NCBI GenBank assembly: GCA_964291315.2
Contig: OZ219753.1
Span: 416,001 to 480,000 of the forward strand
From: Candidatus Poribacteria bacterium
GTDB taxonomy: Bacteria > Poribacteria > WGA-4E > WGA-3G
Direction of reading: 5' to 3'
DNA length: 64,000 nucleotides
The translations under genes and the position numbers were made by a program. Shown piece by piece: positions 31,477 through 42,227 of the stretch (position 1 is the first letter of the stretch; every line of letters begins with the position of its first letter). Below the pieces are notes generated by a model that saw only the letters and a list, made by a program, of their open reading frames with translations, ran no database searches and was not told the origin of the DNA.

Positions 31477-32904
31477 TTAAGATACAACTTTCCAAGTAGC
31501 GCCCTGGCGGGTGTCTTGAATTTCAACGTTCAATTGTTTAAGCCGATCACGAATTTTATCCGATGTGTCCCAATCCTTGCGGTTTCGCGCATCCGTTCTT
31601 ATTTCTAAAAGCAGGTTAATGAGATCGTCACGTTGTTTGACATCATGCTCGCGACTATCCTGAGCTTCAGTATTATAAATACCGAGCACTTGACAGGTTT
31701 CAGATAAAGCGTGGTATGCTTCGTTGAAAACGGTGGAGGGAGTCTTATTAGCACCGCTAAGGGATTTGTTCACCTCACTGACGAGGGTGAAAATAGCCCC
31801 GAGGGCTTGTGCGGTATTGAAATCTGTATCCATTGCAGTCGTAAATCGCGATTTCATTTTTTGAACCGCTGCTTGAAGCGGTAAAACCGTTTCACACTCT
31901 CTCTCAAAGGGGCCATCATATTTTTTCAGGGCATCCAGACAGTTGCTCAAACGCCTGAACGCGCCCTCGGATTTCATCAAACTCTCACGATTGTAATCAA
32001 GTGGATGGCGATAATGCGCCGAAATCAGGAAGTGACGAATTACTTCGGTTGGGTAGTGATCCAGTGCATCTCGTAGCAGGATAAAGTTCTGCTCAGATTT
32101 GCCCATACGTCTACCATCAATGTTTAAAAAAGCGATGTGTATCCAGTAACGGGCGAAGGGGCAGCCGGTCGCCATTTCGCTCTGAGCAATTTCGTTTTCA
32201 TGGTGCGGGAATCGCAAATCTTCGCCGCCGGCATGAATATCCAAAGTTGTCCCAAGATGCTTCATCGCCATGGCTGAGCACTCTATGTGCCACCCAGGCC
32301 TGCCTTTACCCCATGGGCTCTGCCATGCAGGTTCCCCAGGTTTGGCAGCCTTCCACATATCAAAATCGCGGGGGTCCTCTTTCCGTTTATCAATTTCGAC
32401 CCGAGCACCGGCAAGCAGGTTTTCTGATTTCCGATGCGAAAGTTTTCCATACTCAGCGAAACGATTCACTCGATAATAGACACTTCCATCAATAACATAA
32501 GCCGCCTCTTTTTCAAGCAGAGTCTGAATTAAATTTATCATGTCTGGAATGTGTTCAGTCGCTTTGGGATGAACATCCGCCGGATGAATACCTAGGCGCT
32601 GTGAATCCTCAAAGAACGCTTCGCTATTTTGGTCGGCAAGTTCTTTTGCACTGATACCAAGTTCCGCTGCACGTTTGATAATTTTGTCATCAATATCTGT
32701 CAAATTCTGAACCAGTTTAACGGTATATCCCTTATACACTAAATAGCGCCGAATAATATCTGTTACCAAAGCAGTGCGGGCATTGCCCATATGGATGTAA
32801 TCGTAAACCGTGGGACCGCAACTGTAAAGCGATATTTGTTCAGGATTTAGAGGTACAAACTCTTCCAATTCCCGGCTCAGCGAGTTATAGATTTTCATAC
32901 CCAT
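31477..32904 (-). CDS. cysS: Cysteine--tRNA ligase (start about 32904; ORF extends to 32937)
   Basis: CGPTVYD..HMGN, GRPGWHIECSAM, HHENE, RMGKS (KMSKS variant). Confidence 0.97.
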   Translation of the reverse strand: MGMKIYNSLSRELEEFVPLNPEQISLYSCGPTVYDYIHMGNARTALVTDIIRRYLVYKGYTVKLVQNLTDIDDKIIKRAAELGISAKELADQNSEAFFEDSQRLGIHPADVHPKATEHIPDMINLIQTLLEKEAAYVIDGSVYYRVNRFAEYGKLSHRKSENLLAGARVEIDKRKEDPRDFDMWKAAKPGEPAWQSPWGKGRPGWHIECSAMAMKHLGTTLDIHAGGEDLRFPHHENEIAQSEMATGCPFARYWIHIAFLNIDGRRMGKSEQNFILLRDALDHYPTEVIRHFLISAHYRHPLDYNRESLMKSEGAFRRLSNCLDALKKYDGPFERECETVLPLQAAVQKMKSRFTTAMDTDFNTAQALGAIFTLVSEVNKSLSGANKTPSTVFNEAYHALSETCQVLGIYNTEAQDSREHDVKQRDDLINLLLEIRTDARNRKDWDTSDKIRDRLKQLNVEIQDTRQGATWKVVS

Positions 32905-32949
32905 TCTTCGTAATTTCGACTCCTCTTGCCATCGCAAAAAAATAAATAT

Positions 32950-33423
32950 CTACAACTTGGAAAGACAAGCAATCGCCTGGGCGACAATCGCTTTGCCTTC
33001 ACCAACGATCCCCAATTCTTCCGTCGTCGTTGCCTTAACGTTCACCCGTGCGACAGCAATCTCAAGGGTTTCAGCAAGGCGCTCCCGTATATCTAGAATG
33101 TAAGGTGCCAATTTTGGGCGTTGCGCGATGACTGTGCTATCTATATTCTCGATGCGGTATCCATAGGATCTTACTTTTCCTACAATCTCACTGAGAAAAA
33201 TAAGGCTGTGCATGCCTTCATAACGAGCGTCCGTATCCGAGAAATGTGTGCCAATGTCACCGAGTGCGGCAGCTCCTAAAATCGCATCTATGATAGCGTG
33301 GGTTAGAACATCCGCATCTGAGTGTCCCAACAGACCTAAATGATATGAAATCTCAAGGCCACCCAAGATCAATTTTCGATTCAAGACCAGCTTATGAACA
33401 TCGTAACCGATACCTACTCGCAT
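32950..33423 (-). CDS. ispF: 2-C-methyl-D-erythritol 2,4-cyclodiphosphate synthase
   Basis: GIGYDVH, GHSDADV..HA, GDIG.HF, VKATTTE. Confidence 0.97.
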   Translation of the reverse strand: MRVGIGYDVHKLVLNRKLILGGLEISYHLGLLGHSDADVLTHAIIDAILGAAALGDIGTHFSDTDARYEGMHSLIFLSEIVGKVRSYGYRIENIDSTVIAQRPKLAPYILDIRERLAETLEIAVARVNVKATTTEELGIVGEGKAIVAQAIACLSKL

Positions 33424-33512
33424 ATACCTTATATAAATATCCCAACTAAGACATCTACCGTTTTGATTTACGGCTCTACGCGGTAAGAGGAACGCTTAAT
33501 ACTCAGCGACAA

Positions 33513-34214
33513 TTAACCAAATGCTTGATTTTCTAGAAGAACCTCCGCAACACGTAAATCTATTTGCGTGGTTATTTTTAAATTCTCATAACTACCGTGC
33601 ACTAACTTCACTGGGAAACCGAGTTGTTCAACGAGGGCAGCGTCATCGGTGGCAGTGAGTTGACTTTCTTGCGCTATTTGATGGGCTTCCAGTAACACGG
33701 ACTTGCGAAAGACTTGCGGCGTTTGCACCGCCCAGAGCTGCTCTCGCACGGGTGTTTCGAGAACAAAGGAATCCTTGTCTGCTACCTTGATTGTATCTTT
33801 CACAGGGATGGCTGCAACAGCGGCACCATATTCGTCTGCTGCCGTGAGGCAAGCCAAAATCATATCATTTGTTACAAACGGGCGGACTCCATCGTGGACA
33901 ATCACAAACTCAACATCTCCGGGGAGTGCAAGTATACCTTTCCATACTGACTCTTGACGTGTTGCTCCGCCTGCTATCAACGGGTGCACCTTCGTAAAGG
34001 CGAACGGATCCAACACCGTGGTATGACACTTTCTAAAGTCTGTTTCATCAACAATCACAAAAATCGCATCCACAGCACTATTTCGCTCAAATTGTTGAAT
34101 CGTATGTGCTAAAATTGGCTTTTCTGCCAACTTTAAGTATGGCTTTTTAACCGAAGGTGTCATTCGGTGGCCCTTACCAGCTGCGGGAATAAGGGTGCAA
34201 ACCTGGTTCTTCAT
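33513..34214 (-). CDS. ispD: 2-C-methyl-D-erythritol 4-phosphate cytidylyltransferase (start 34214 or 34229)
   Basis: IPAAGKG.RM, GGATRQES, VHDGVRP, QTPQ.F, TDDA, NLKITT. Confidence 0.96.
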   Translation of the reverse strand: MKNQVCTLIPAAGKGHRMTPSVKKPYLKLAEKPILAHTIQQFERNSAVDAIFVIVDETDFRKCHTTVLDPFAFTKVHPLIAGGATRQESVWKGILALPGDVEFVIVHDGVRPFVTNDMILACLTAADEYGAAVAAIPVKDTIKVADKDSFVLETPVREQLWAVQTPQVFRKSVLLEAHQIAQESQLTATDDAALVEQLGFPVKLVHGSYENLKITTQIDLRVAEVLLENQAFG

Positions 34215-35205
34215 CAACGTCCATTTCATACTGTTTTATACGGGCAAAAATCATCTGCCCCGCGCTTGTTCGTAGTATCTGTGTGACCTCGACATTGAGC
34301 GTTTTACCGAGGCAGGATTTCCCGTTTTCAACAATTACCATAGTGCCATCATCAAGATAGCCCACGCCTTGATTTGGTTCCTTGCCCTCTTTAAGGAGAA
34401 AAACCTGAATCACCTCACCCGCAATAACTACCGGTCGGACGGCATTTGACAACTCATTAATGTTGAGAACCTTTACACTTTGTAATTCAGCGACTTTGTT
34501 CAGGTTTAAATCGTTAGTTATAATCGCCGCCCCTCGTTCTTGCGCAAGGTGGACTAGCTTAGCATCAACTTCCGCAAGATGCGGCACGTCTTCCTCTGTA
34601 ATTTCAACAATAGTTGCCGGATTGTTTTGAAGGGCACGGAGGATATCCAAACCGCGCCGCCCTTTATTTCTCCGTAACGAATCTTTTGAATCTGCAATAT
34701 GCTGCAGTTCGTTTAGAACAAATCTTGGAATAATCAGTGTTCCTTCAATGAATTTCGTTTGACAAATCTCAAGAATTCTACCATCAATAATAACACTTGT
34801 ATCCAAAATTTTGAAGTTATTTCCGGACTGAGGTACACTGGACTTACCCGCGCGGTAAACTCCTTTTGATTTCAATGACTCGGTTAAATTCATCGTTGTA
34901 GAAATATTGTGACCCATCATCATGCCGACATAACTGAGACTAAGAACAATCGCTATAGTTAAATTACGCGGCAGATCGGAAAAAAGATCTAAGACACCAA
35001 CCGAAATCAACAAACCGACAGACGCTCCTATTAGGCTTGCTACGATACTACGAGTGCCCGATTGGTGAAAACAAAGTTCCGCGATTACGAGGGAAAGCGC
35101 TACACCAAGCGCCGCGAGTGCCGCGGAATAATCGCTATTGTAAACAACGTAGCAAATCGTTGCACTAGCAAGTACAAAAGAGAGACGGACAGCCCAAATT
35201 TTCAT
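34174..35205 (-). CDS. PIN/TRAM domain membrane protein (YacL-like)
   Basis: TM helices, ILDTSVIIDGRI, GRRGLD.L, TND.NL.K, GYLDDGTM; radA-yacL-ispD-ispF synteny. Confidence 0.93.
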   Translation of the reverse strand: MKIWAVRLSFVLASATICYVVYNSDYSAALAALGVALSLVIAELCFHQSGTRSIVASLIGASVGLLISVGVLDLFSDLPRNLTIAIVLSLSYVGMMMGHNISTTMNLTESLKSKGVYRAGKSSVPQSGNNFKILDTSVIIDGRILEICQTKFIEGTLIIPRFVLNELQHIADSKDSLRRNKGRRGLDILRALQNNPATIVEITEEDVPHLAEVDAKLVHLAQERGAAIITNDLNLNKVAELQSVKVLNINELSNAVRPVVIAGEVIQVFLLKEGKEPNQGVGYLDDGTMVIVENGKSCLGKTLNVEVTQILRTSAGQMIFARIKQYEMDVDEEPGLHPYSRSW

Positions 35206-35368
35206 TTTATGTGTTACGCGTGGTTTGATAAAAAAATAATCCGATCCTTACTTTGAGGGGACAAGACATTACTTTTCTATCTGATGGTCTTTATACTTAT
35301 GTTATCCTATAAATTCATCAGACAAAGGAAACATAAAGATATAACTACAGTCTACTCTAAAAGAACGT

Positions 35369-35485
35369 GCTTTGCAACTCAAAATGCTATGCGCACCCTT
35401 GTAGCAGGCGCGGGTCTGAAGCGGACAGTCACCTCCGGGACGCTTGCTGCTTAAGAACATTGCGCCACGAAAGCATTAGGAAAGC
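35369..35485 (+). ncRNA. Candidate rod-like structured RNA (family not identified)
   Basis: Nested stems gcttt/aaagc, aatgct/agcatt, gcgca/tgcgc, gtagcaggcg/cgcttgctgc (2 G-U), gtct/ggac. Confidence 0.35.
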
Positions 35486-35660
35486 TCTCATGGCTTCACA
35501 GACATCTGATAACAGTGATTTGGGGGTCATAGGAGAAAACAGAACATAGAAACATTATGCAGATAGTATGAACGGCTTTCATTCCCCATGGTGTACTTCC
35601 TAACCGCACGGCATGTAAGCGAGCGAATTTAAACACCACACACGTTTAATTTTAATAATG

Positions 35661-37022
35661 TCAAAGCAAAGCGCTTAGGCTATCATATACATCTTTTACA
35701 CCGACCAGTTCAATATCGCCCTCAATTTCTAATCCTTTACGGTTGTATTCAGGGAAAATTGCCCGCCTGAAACCCAATTTTGCAGCCTCCCGAATCCGCC
35801 TCTCGACGTGCGTCACTGGTCTAATTTCGCCGCCCAGACCAACTTCGCCAATCATAACAGTTTGCCGATCTATAGGAATTTCCCGATAACTTGAAGCTAT
35901 CGCCATCAACACACCCAGATCAATACCGGGTTCAACAACACGTAACCCACCTGTGATGTTAACAAAAACATCCGCTCCGCCGACATCAATCCCTACTCGT
36001 TTGTTGAGCACTGCGATAAGCAGGGCGATGCGGTGTCTGTCCACGCCTGTCGCTGTGTTGCGCGGATTTCCATAATTAGTGGGCACGACAAGTGCTTGGA
36101 CCTCCATAAGTAAGGGGCGTGTCCCTTCTAAGCTCGAAACTACAATGGAGCCTGAAATTTCTTCGCCGCTGCTGCTTAAAAAGATCTCAGATGGATTCAT
36201 CACATCTACAAGTCCCCTATTTTGCATTTCAAAAATCCCGATTTCGTTCGTCGAACCAAATCTATTTTTAATCGCTCGTAGGACCCGATAAATATGATGT
36301 TGCTCGCCTTCAAAATAGAGGACAGTGTCGACCATGTGCTCCAAAATGCGGGGCCCGGCGAGCGTCCCATCTTTTGTGACATGACCCACGAGAAACACCG
36401 GAACGTTCCTATTCTTGGCGCAAATCAGGAGGCGACCCGCGCACTCCCGAATTTGCGGGACACTTCCAGGGGCAGATTGGATACTCGACAAATAGACCGC
36501 TTGGATGGAATCGACAACCACTGCCTTCGGCCGCAGCGCCTCGATATGTTTCTCAATCTGCTCCAAATTATTTTCACATAGGACGTAGAGCGTATCGGAA
36601 ACAACACCGAGCCGCGTTGCGCGAAGTTTTGTTTGGCTAACTGACTCCTCGCCGGAAACATAAAGGATATCGCCATAGCTCCGGCTCAGAGCATCACTCG
36701 CTTGGAGTAGTAAGGTAGACTTACCTATCCCCGGATCGCCACCGATAAGGACTACGGATCCGGGGACAATTCCACCGCCAAGCACTCTGTCAAATTCCAA
36801 CATTCCGGTTAGGTGGCGTTCTACATCGATCGCCGTAACCTCCGAGATAGGCTCGGGCTCACGAGAGATTTGACCAATCCCACGGTGTTTTAGTGCGGGT
36901 GTGAGTTCCTCTACCTCTTCGGCGAAACTTTGCCAACTTTGACATGTTGGGCATCGCCCGAGCGATTTTGGTGTAGTATATCCACATTCTTGACAGACAA
37001 ATCTACGCTTTTCTCGTGCCAT
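35661..37022 (-). CDS. radA: DNA repair protein RadA/Sms (start revised to ATG 37022)
   Basis: CQECG...CPTC Zn finger, GDPGIGKST, KNRFG, Lon-like C-terminus. Confidence 0.97.
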   Translation of the reverse strand: MAREKRRFVCQECGYTTPKSLGRCPTCQSWQSFAEEVEELTPALKHRGIGQISREPEPISEVTAIDVERHLTGMLEFDRVLGGGIVPGSVVLIGGDPGIGKSTLLLQASDALSRSYGDILYVSGEESVSQTKLRATRLGVVSDTLYVLCENNLEQIEKHIEALRPKAVVVDSIQAVYLSSIQSAPGSVPQIRECAGRLLICAKNRNVPVFLVGHVTKDGTLAGPRILEHMVDTVLYFEGEQHHIYRVLRAIKNRFGSTNEIGIFEMQNRGLVDVMNPSEIFLSSSGEEISGSIVVSSLEGTRPLLMEVQALVVPTNYGNPRNTATGVDRHRIALLIAVLNKRVGIDVGGADVFVNITGGLRVVEPGIDLGVLMAIASSYREIPIDRQTVMIGEVGLGGEIRPVTHVERRIREAAKLGFRRAIFPEYNRKGLEIEGDIELVGVKDVYDSLSALL

Positions 37023-37088
37023 CTCTAATATACCAATTCTATTGTCGTCCAGGTGATGCTCAGCCACTGAAGATTGTTGCTGTTAATA

Positions 37089-38660
37089 CTACCAACCGCT
37101 GGCAAAAAATCGGAAACCTGTCGTCCAGCGTCGTTCGCCTGTTTCGCCTACTAAGTTCTCTGCACCAACAAGAAACTCTCCATATCGAAAAAAACGCAAT
37201 CCCAATTCTGTATTCAATTCTGGTTGCCGCCCCGTTAAGCCCAGGCCTTCCACGCTAATACCTAAGCGTCTAGACAACAGCCATAAATCAATGCCTATGC
37301 CAACCTCGGAGTGCATGAAACCAGCGCGCGCCCGGAGAAAATTTGTTACATCGTACGCATATTGAAATTCAAACCGAATATTTTCGTTCCGAACACCTAC
37401 ACCGAACCTGTAGTGAGAATTCGAATCTGGAGATAGCAAAAACGCCAATTCATTATAAAGGCGCTCTTCAAGACTTAAATAGCGGAGTTCATAATCCCAG
37501 CCGATCTGTGGTAGCCCGAGACGTTTTAGCTGCTCCTCAGTCTGCTGCGAAAGCCTGGTCACAGTTGACATCGTCTCATCAACATGTTTCAAGGTACGTC
37601 GGGCATCTTCAAGCGGTTCTGGTGTGTTCAACAGCTGCGCAATTGTACCATCGCCGTCATTAATTGCCGCAAAGAGACGGTTGATATTTTCCTCTAATGT
37701 AGCAAACGACGCAGTTGCTGTCTGCAAATCCTTCAGAATCGGAGCGATACCGCTTTCACCCGTTTTGATAGCAGTCCTACTTTGTGAAACAAGCGCAGAA
37801 ACCTCAGAAGCTAAAACATTAAAATCGGTGCTAAAATCCTCCATCACCTGTCGAAATTGAGCAGTACTTGCCGTGACATCCGTCAAAATGGTATTCAGCT
37901 TTGGCGTATTATGATTAATAAGACCGAGAAGCTCGCGCGTAATATCACTCACTTGGCTACTTACCATGATGGAATCGCCCTCCAGCTGAGAGATAAGGTT
38001 ATTAAGCTTGATGAGTGTCTTTTGAAAACGTCTATCATTTTCGAGAGCGAGCTGCGTCAATGTTTTAACAGTCTCTCCAGAATCAGCGCTTAACTTTCCA
38101 ATGGTTTTTCCAGTCAATGCAACAACCTCACGAATCTCTTTGATAGCGAGTTGAATTGCCTCTTGGTTAGCTTGTAGAACTTCATTGGCAGCAGCGGTAA
38201 GTTCGATAGCTTGGCTCATACCGGTACTCGTCTGTTCAAGGAGTTCAAGCGCATTAACAGGATCTCTTCCAATGATAGGAAGGTTGGCCGGTTTTAGGAG
38301 CGGGTTTCCTACCGGGCCATTCTCAAGAGAAATATAAATTTCACCTACAAATCCGTTCATGGAAATGCTTGCCCCGCAGTCCTTGCGTAACCATTTAAAA
38401 GCATTCCTAACTTTTGCCTGAATCCGGACGTTGTCAGCCTCCGGCCGGAGCTCAATGTTCGTTACTTTACCTATCGAGACTCCGGATAGATAAACCCCTG
38501 CACCAACATAGAGCCCATTAACAGAACGAAATTGGAAAGTCAACTCATCACCAGCAGTCGCCCAAGGCCAATTCTCAGCGTTTGTGAGCAAAATTGTGAG
38601 GAATATAACTGCAATTAAAACCATCACACCCACTTTTACTGACGCTGTCCAGAAATTCAT
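37089..38660 (-). CDS. MCE/MlaD-family protein with long helical extension and beta-rich C-terminus
   Basis: N-terminal TM; GL..GA.V.LSGV.IG.V, G..GE.YI.L; follows mlaE/mlaF. Confidence 0.88.
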   Translation of the reverse strand: MNFWTASVKVGVMVLIAVIFLTILLTNAENWPWATAGDELTFQFRSVNGLYVGAGVYLSGVSIGKVTNIELRPEADNVRIQAKVRNAFKWLRKDCGASISMNGFVGEIYISLENGPVGNPLLKPANLPIIGRDPVNALELLEQTSTGMSQAIELTAAANEVLQANQEAIQLAIKEIREVVALTGKTIGKLSADSGETVKTLTQLALENDRRFQKTLIKLNNLISQLEGDSIMVSSQVSDITRELLGLINHNTPKLNTILTDVTASTAQFRQVMEDFSTDFNVLASEVSALVSQSRTAIKTGESGIAPILKDLQTATASFATLEENINRLFAAINDGDGTIAQLLNTPEPLEDARRTLKHVDETMSTVTRLSQQTEEQLKRLGLPQIGWDYELRYLSLEERLYNELAFLLSPDSNSHYRFGVGVRNENIRFEFQYAYDVTNFLRARAGFMHSEVGIGIDLWLLSRRLGISVEGLGLTGRQPELNTELGLRFFRYGEFLVGAENLVGETGERRWTTGFRFFASGW

Positions 38661-38661
38661 G

Positions 38662-39441
38662 CTATCTCCCCAAATATCTTTTCAAAATCGGATTTTCCAT
38701 GTTGAGAATTTGGTCCGGTGCCCCAAATAAAATAAACTGCTGCAAAATAGGGTTATCGTTGTTGATGATCTCACTAGGACTGCCATAGGCAATCTGCCTG
38801 CCCTCATAAATCATGGCCATTCGGGTAGCAACACTGAAGGCGCTATGCATGTCATGGGTCACAACAACAGAAGTGACTTTTAACTTTTCGTGGAGATCCT
38901 TGATGAGTTGATTAATTTCCGTGCATGTAACAGGATCAAGCCCAGTGGTCGGTTCATCGTATAGAATAACTTCCGGATTGAACGCTAGTGCACGCGCAAG
39001 TCCCACCCGTTTTCGCATGCCACCGCTTAATTCAGCAGGCCGCAATTCTTGGACTCCTTCTAAATCAACCAGACTGAGCTTTTCATCAACTATCTCCCTT
39101 ATTTCCGGTTTGCTAAGTTTCTCGTGTTGATTGATCATGAAAGCGACATTCTCTGCAACAGTCATTGAATCAAACAAAGCAGCGGATTGGAAAAGCATCC
39201 CAATTTTTCGACGAATCAGATTCACCGCTTTGCGCCCAAGTCCCGAGATTTCTGTGCCATCAAACCAGACCTCCCCGGAATCCGCAGGCATCAGGCCTGT
39301 GATAATCTTGAGCAGTACACTTTTCCCAGACCCACTTCGGCCCATAACTACAACTGTTTCGCCCCGCGGAATCTCCAAGCTCAACCCATTTAACACGTTT
39401 TTACCACCAAAATTTTTAGTAACATTCCTAACTGAAATCAT
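38662..39441 (-). CDS. mlaF: MlaF-type ABC transporter ATP-binding protein
   Basis: GRSGSGKS, LFQ.AALFDS, LSGGMRKRV, YDEPTTGLDP, VTHD. Confidence 0.9.
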   Translation of the reverse strand: MISVRNVTKNFGGKNVLNGLSLEIPRGETVVVMGRSGSGKSVLLKIITGLMPADSGEVWFDGTEISGLGRKAVNLIRRKIGMLFQSAALFDSMTVAENVAFMINQHEKLSKPEIREIVDEKLSLVDLEGVQELRPAELSGGMRKRVGLARALAFNPEVILYDEPTTGLDPVTCTEINQLIKDLHEKLKVTSVVVTHDMHSAFSVATRMAMIYEGRQIAYGSPSEIINNDNPILQQFILFGAPDQILNMENPILKRYLGR

Positions 39442-39556
39442 AGGTCGAGTCCTACTTCACAACACAGAACGAACGTAGAGAGTTAATGCCAGCAGGTATC
39501 ACGTTCCTGCAGCGTTCACACATATTCGAGTAAACCCCGCTTTGAATCCACGCAAG

Positions 39557-40381
39557 TTATATCAAACCCACGATATTAAAAAGTACATGATTTAAAACAA
39601 AATCTAAAACAAGAATAGCTATAAGCGAAATAACCGCAGAACCGGTCGTAGCAATGCCAACACCTTCTGCTCCACCAGCTGAGGAGATACTAAAGCCCTT
39701 GTAACATCCGACTGCTGCAATTGCCATTCCGAAGGAAGTAGCCTTGATTAAACTAATAAGCACACTCCCCACAAATAAATTTCTTTGAACTTCCAAAAGG
39801 AAAAAGGCCCCGTTTACATCAAACAACGTTACAACAGCCGCAAAACCGCCTGCGATACCCGCAAACGTAGAAAAAATAGTAAGTGTTGGCAGCATGATAG
39901 AGCAAGCGAGAAAACGAGGCACAACCAAATATTTGACCGGATTCGTCCCCATTACCTCAAGCGCGTCTATTTGCTCTGTGACTTTCATCGTCGAAAGTTC
40001 AGCCGTAATCGAAGCACCAATCCGCCCAGCAAGCACAAAAGCCGTGATCATCGGACCTAGTTCCTTAACAACTGAAACACAAACAAATCTCGCCACTGAA
40101 CCTTCTACAGCATACTCTTTAAGTTGAATATAGCCTTGAATCCCTAAGACCATCCCCGTGAAAAAACCGGATACAATGACCACTGCTAAAGAGTTAAAAC
40201 CGATCAGCACTAACTGCTTAACCAACAAATCTACCTGAAAGGGGGGGCGAAAAATTTGGAAAAGTGTTTGAAAAAATAACGTAAAGGCCTGTCCAACCTC
40301 GGAAAGTATACCGTGAACCCGAAGTTTAATCGAGCGATAAAATCCCACAGAGGACTCCGATATAGTGAACTGCTGATCCAT
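39557..40381 (-). CDS. mlaE: MlaE-type ABC transporter permease
   Basis: KELGP..TA...AGR.G, M..TEQIDAL..MG.NP..YLV.PR, GAEGVG.ATT. Confidence 0.92.
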   Translation of the reverse strand: MDQQFTISESSVGFYRSIKLRVHGILSEVGQAFTLFFQTLFQIFRPPFQVDLLVKQLVLIGFNSLAVVIVSGFFTGMVLGIQGYIQLKEYAVEGSVARFVCVSVVKELGPMITAFVLAGRIGASITAELSTMKVTEQIDALEVMGTNPVKYLVVPRFLACSIMLPTLTIFSTFAGIAGGFAAVVTLFDVNGAFFLLEVQRNLFVGSVLISLIKATSFGMAIAAVGCYKGFSISSAGGAEGVGIATTGSAVISLIAILVLDFVLNHVLFNIVGLI

Positions 40382-40387
40382 ATCTTT

Positions 40388-41719
40388 TTAACTCAGGTTT
40401 TCAAATCGCATCTGCTTTTTGGTAAAATACAGCATCACTGTTCCAGTTGGCCCGTTGCGCTGTTTCTTAATCAAGAGATGTGCTTCAACCCGATCCCCAG
40501 CCTCTTCATCCTCATAGTAATCTTCACGATATAAAAACGTAACAAGGTCGGCATCTTGTTCAATCGCCCCAGATTCTCTTAAGTCGGAAAGCTGCGGTTG
40601 CTTGTCAGGGCGGCGTTCTACTTCACGACTTAACTGGGAGCAGGCGATGATTGGAACGTCGAGCTCCCAAGCCATGACCTTCAAGGCACGCGATATCTCG
40701 GAAATCTCCTGTTCACGAACACTGTACCTACCAGTACCCCTAAGGAGCTGCAAGTAGTCAACGATAATAAGAGCAAGATCGTTGTACTCCCCTTTGAGGC
40801 GACGCCCCTCGGCACGCATACTTTGAACAGTGAGACCGCGGTTGTCATTAATAAGAATAGAGGCCTTGGCGAGTCTACCGGCTGCATCGGTCAGCGGTCT
40901 CCAATAGTCTTCACTAAAATTACCCGTTCGAAGCCGTCCAAAATCAATGCGCGATTCTGCAGATAGCATCCGCATCACAACGTCCTGAGCTGGCATTTCA
41001 AGGCTAAAGATAGCAACGGGACGTTCTTGGTCAAGCGCTATGTTCTGCGCCATATTTAGTACTAACGTCGTTTTCCCCATACTCGGACGTGCTGCAATGA
41101 TGATGAAGTTACCGGGCTGCAACCCCGATGTCATGTGGTCAAAATCCATAAAACCGGTCGGGACACCTAGAAATCGATCAGATTTCTGATAAAGTTTTTC
41201 TACAGCATCTATGCTGCTTGATATCAAGGACTGGATAGGATGAAACCCACGTTGTGTTTTGTCCTGCCCGATTTGAAAAATGGTTTCTTGTGCTTGATTC
41301 AGGATATCCGAAATATCGGCATTTTCATCTTGGGCGATGTCACGAATTCGCGCACCAGCTTGAATCAATTGGCGGCGGGTTGCCTTTTCATGAAGAATGT
41401 CGGCATAAAACTCCGTACTCTCTGTCTCCACAATAGGTGCTTGGAGCTCATAGAGATAGTCAGCGCCACCTGTCCGATTAATCTCATTTGTCCGCCTAAG
41501 TTCATCTGCAACGAGAAGCGGGTCGGCCTTGCTGACTCGTTCATACACAGAAAGAATTGCTTTGTAAATTAATTGATGGTCGACTGTGACGAATGCATCA
41601 GGGGTATGCCCGAGGAGAGCAATTACACGCGGGATAACCGACTTCTCAGTCATCAGCGCGCCGAGTACAGCCTGTTCAGCCTCCCTATCTGAAAGAGATT
41701 CAACCCCTGGTCCCTGCAT
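40388..41719 (-). CDS. dnaB: Replicative DNA helicase
   Basis: EAEQAVLG, ARPSMGKT, FSLEM, VDYLQL, SQLSR, DLRESGAIEQDAD, KQRNGPTG. Confidence 0.98.
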   Translation of the reverse strand: MQGPGVESLSDREAEQAVLGALMTEKSVIPRVIALLGHTPDAFVTVDHQLIYKAILSVYERVSKADPLLVADELRRTNEINRTGGADYLYELQAPIVETESTEFYADILHEKATRRQLIQAGARIRDIAQDENADISDILNQAQETIFQIGQDKTQRGFHPIQSLISSSIDAVEKLYQKSDRFLGVPTGFMDFDHMTSGLQPGNFIIIAARPSMGKTTLVLNMAQNIALDQERPVAIFSLEMPAQDVVMRMLSAESRIDFGRLRTGNFSEDYWRPLTDAAGRLAKASILINDNRGLTVQSMRAEGRRLKGEYNDLALIIVDYLQLLRGTGRYSVREQEISEISRALKVMAWELDVPIIACSQLSREVERRPDKQPQLSDLRESGAIEQDADLVTFLYREDYYEDEEAGDRVEAHLLIKKQRNGPTGTVMLYFTKKQMRFENLS

Positions 41720-41721
41720 TG

Positions 41722-42168
41722 CTATTCTTCACGTTCAACAACCACTCGGAGTTCAACATGAACATCAGGGTGTAATTTGATTGGTACCATAAAGACACCG
41801 AGCTCACGAATCGGTTCTGCCAATTCAAAAAAACGCCTCTCTAAATCAAACCCTATTGCTTGTAGTGCTTCCGAGATATCCATAGAGGTAACAGAACCGA
41901 AAAGCCGGTCATTTTCACCAGCGCGCCGACTCAGCGTGCATGTAACTCCAGCAATTTGCGCCGCAATTTCACGAGCCTGTTCCCTATTTTTCGATTCTTG
42001 ATGATCGATAACCCGCTTTTGGTGTTCAAAATGTCGACGGTTCCGATCCGTTGCATGTATTGCTAACTGCATGGGCAAAAGATAGTTACGAGCATAGCCG
42101 TCAGCAACATTTAAGATATCGCCTGGTACACCAAGCCCCTCAACTGTTTCCTTTAAAATCACTTCCAT
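41722..42168 (-). CDS. rplI: 50S ribosomal protein L9
   Basis: MEVILKE.V.GLG..G, GYARNYLLP, LFGSVT. Confidence 0.97.
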   Translation of the reverse strand: MEVILKETVEGLGVPGDILNVADGYARNYLLPMQLAIHATDRNRRHFEHQKRVIDHQESKNREQAREIAAQIAGVTCTLSRRAGENDRLFGSVTSMDISEALQAIGFDLERRFFELAEPIRELGVFMVPIKLHPDVHVELRVVVEREE

Positions 42169-42227
42169 AGTTGAAATCCTACTTCATCTCATATAGAAAA
42201 CCCAGGCTAGATACCTGAAATCTACTT

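Noticed and set aside
40388-41719. Intein in DnaB
   Set aside because: Normal length and contiguous motifs.
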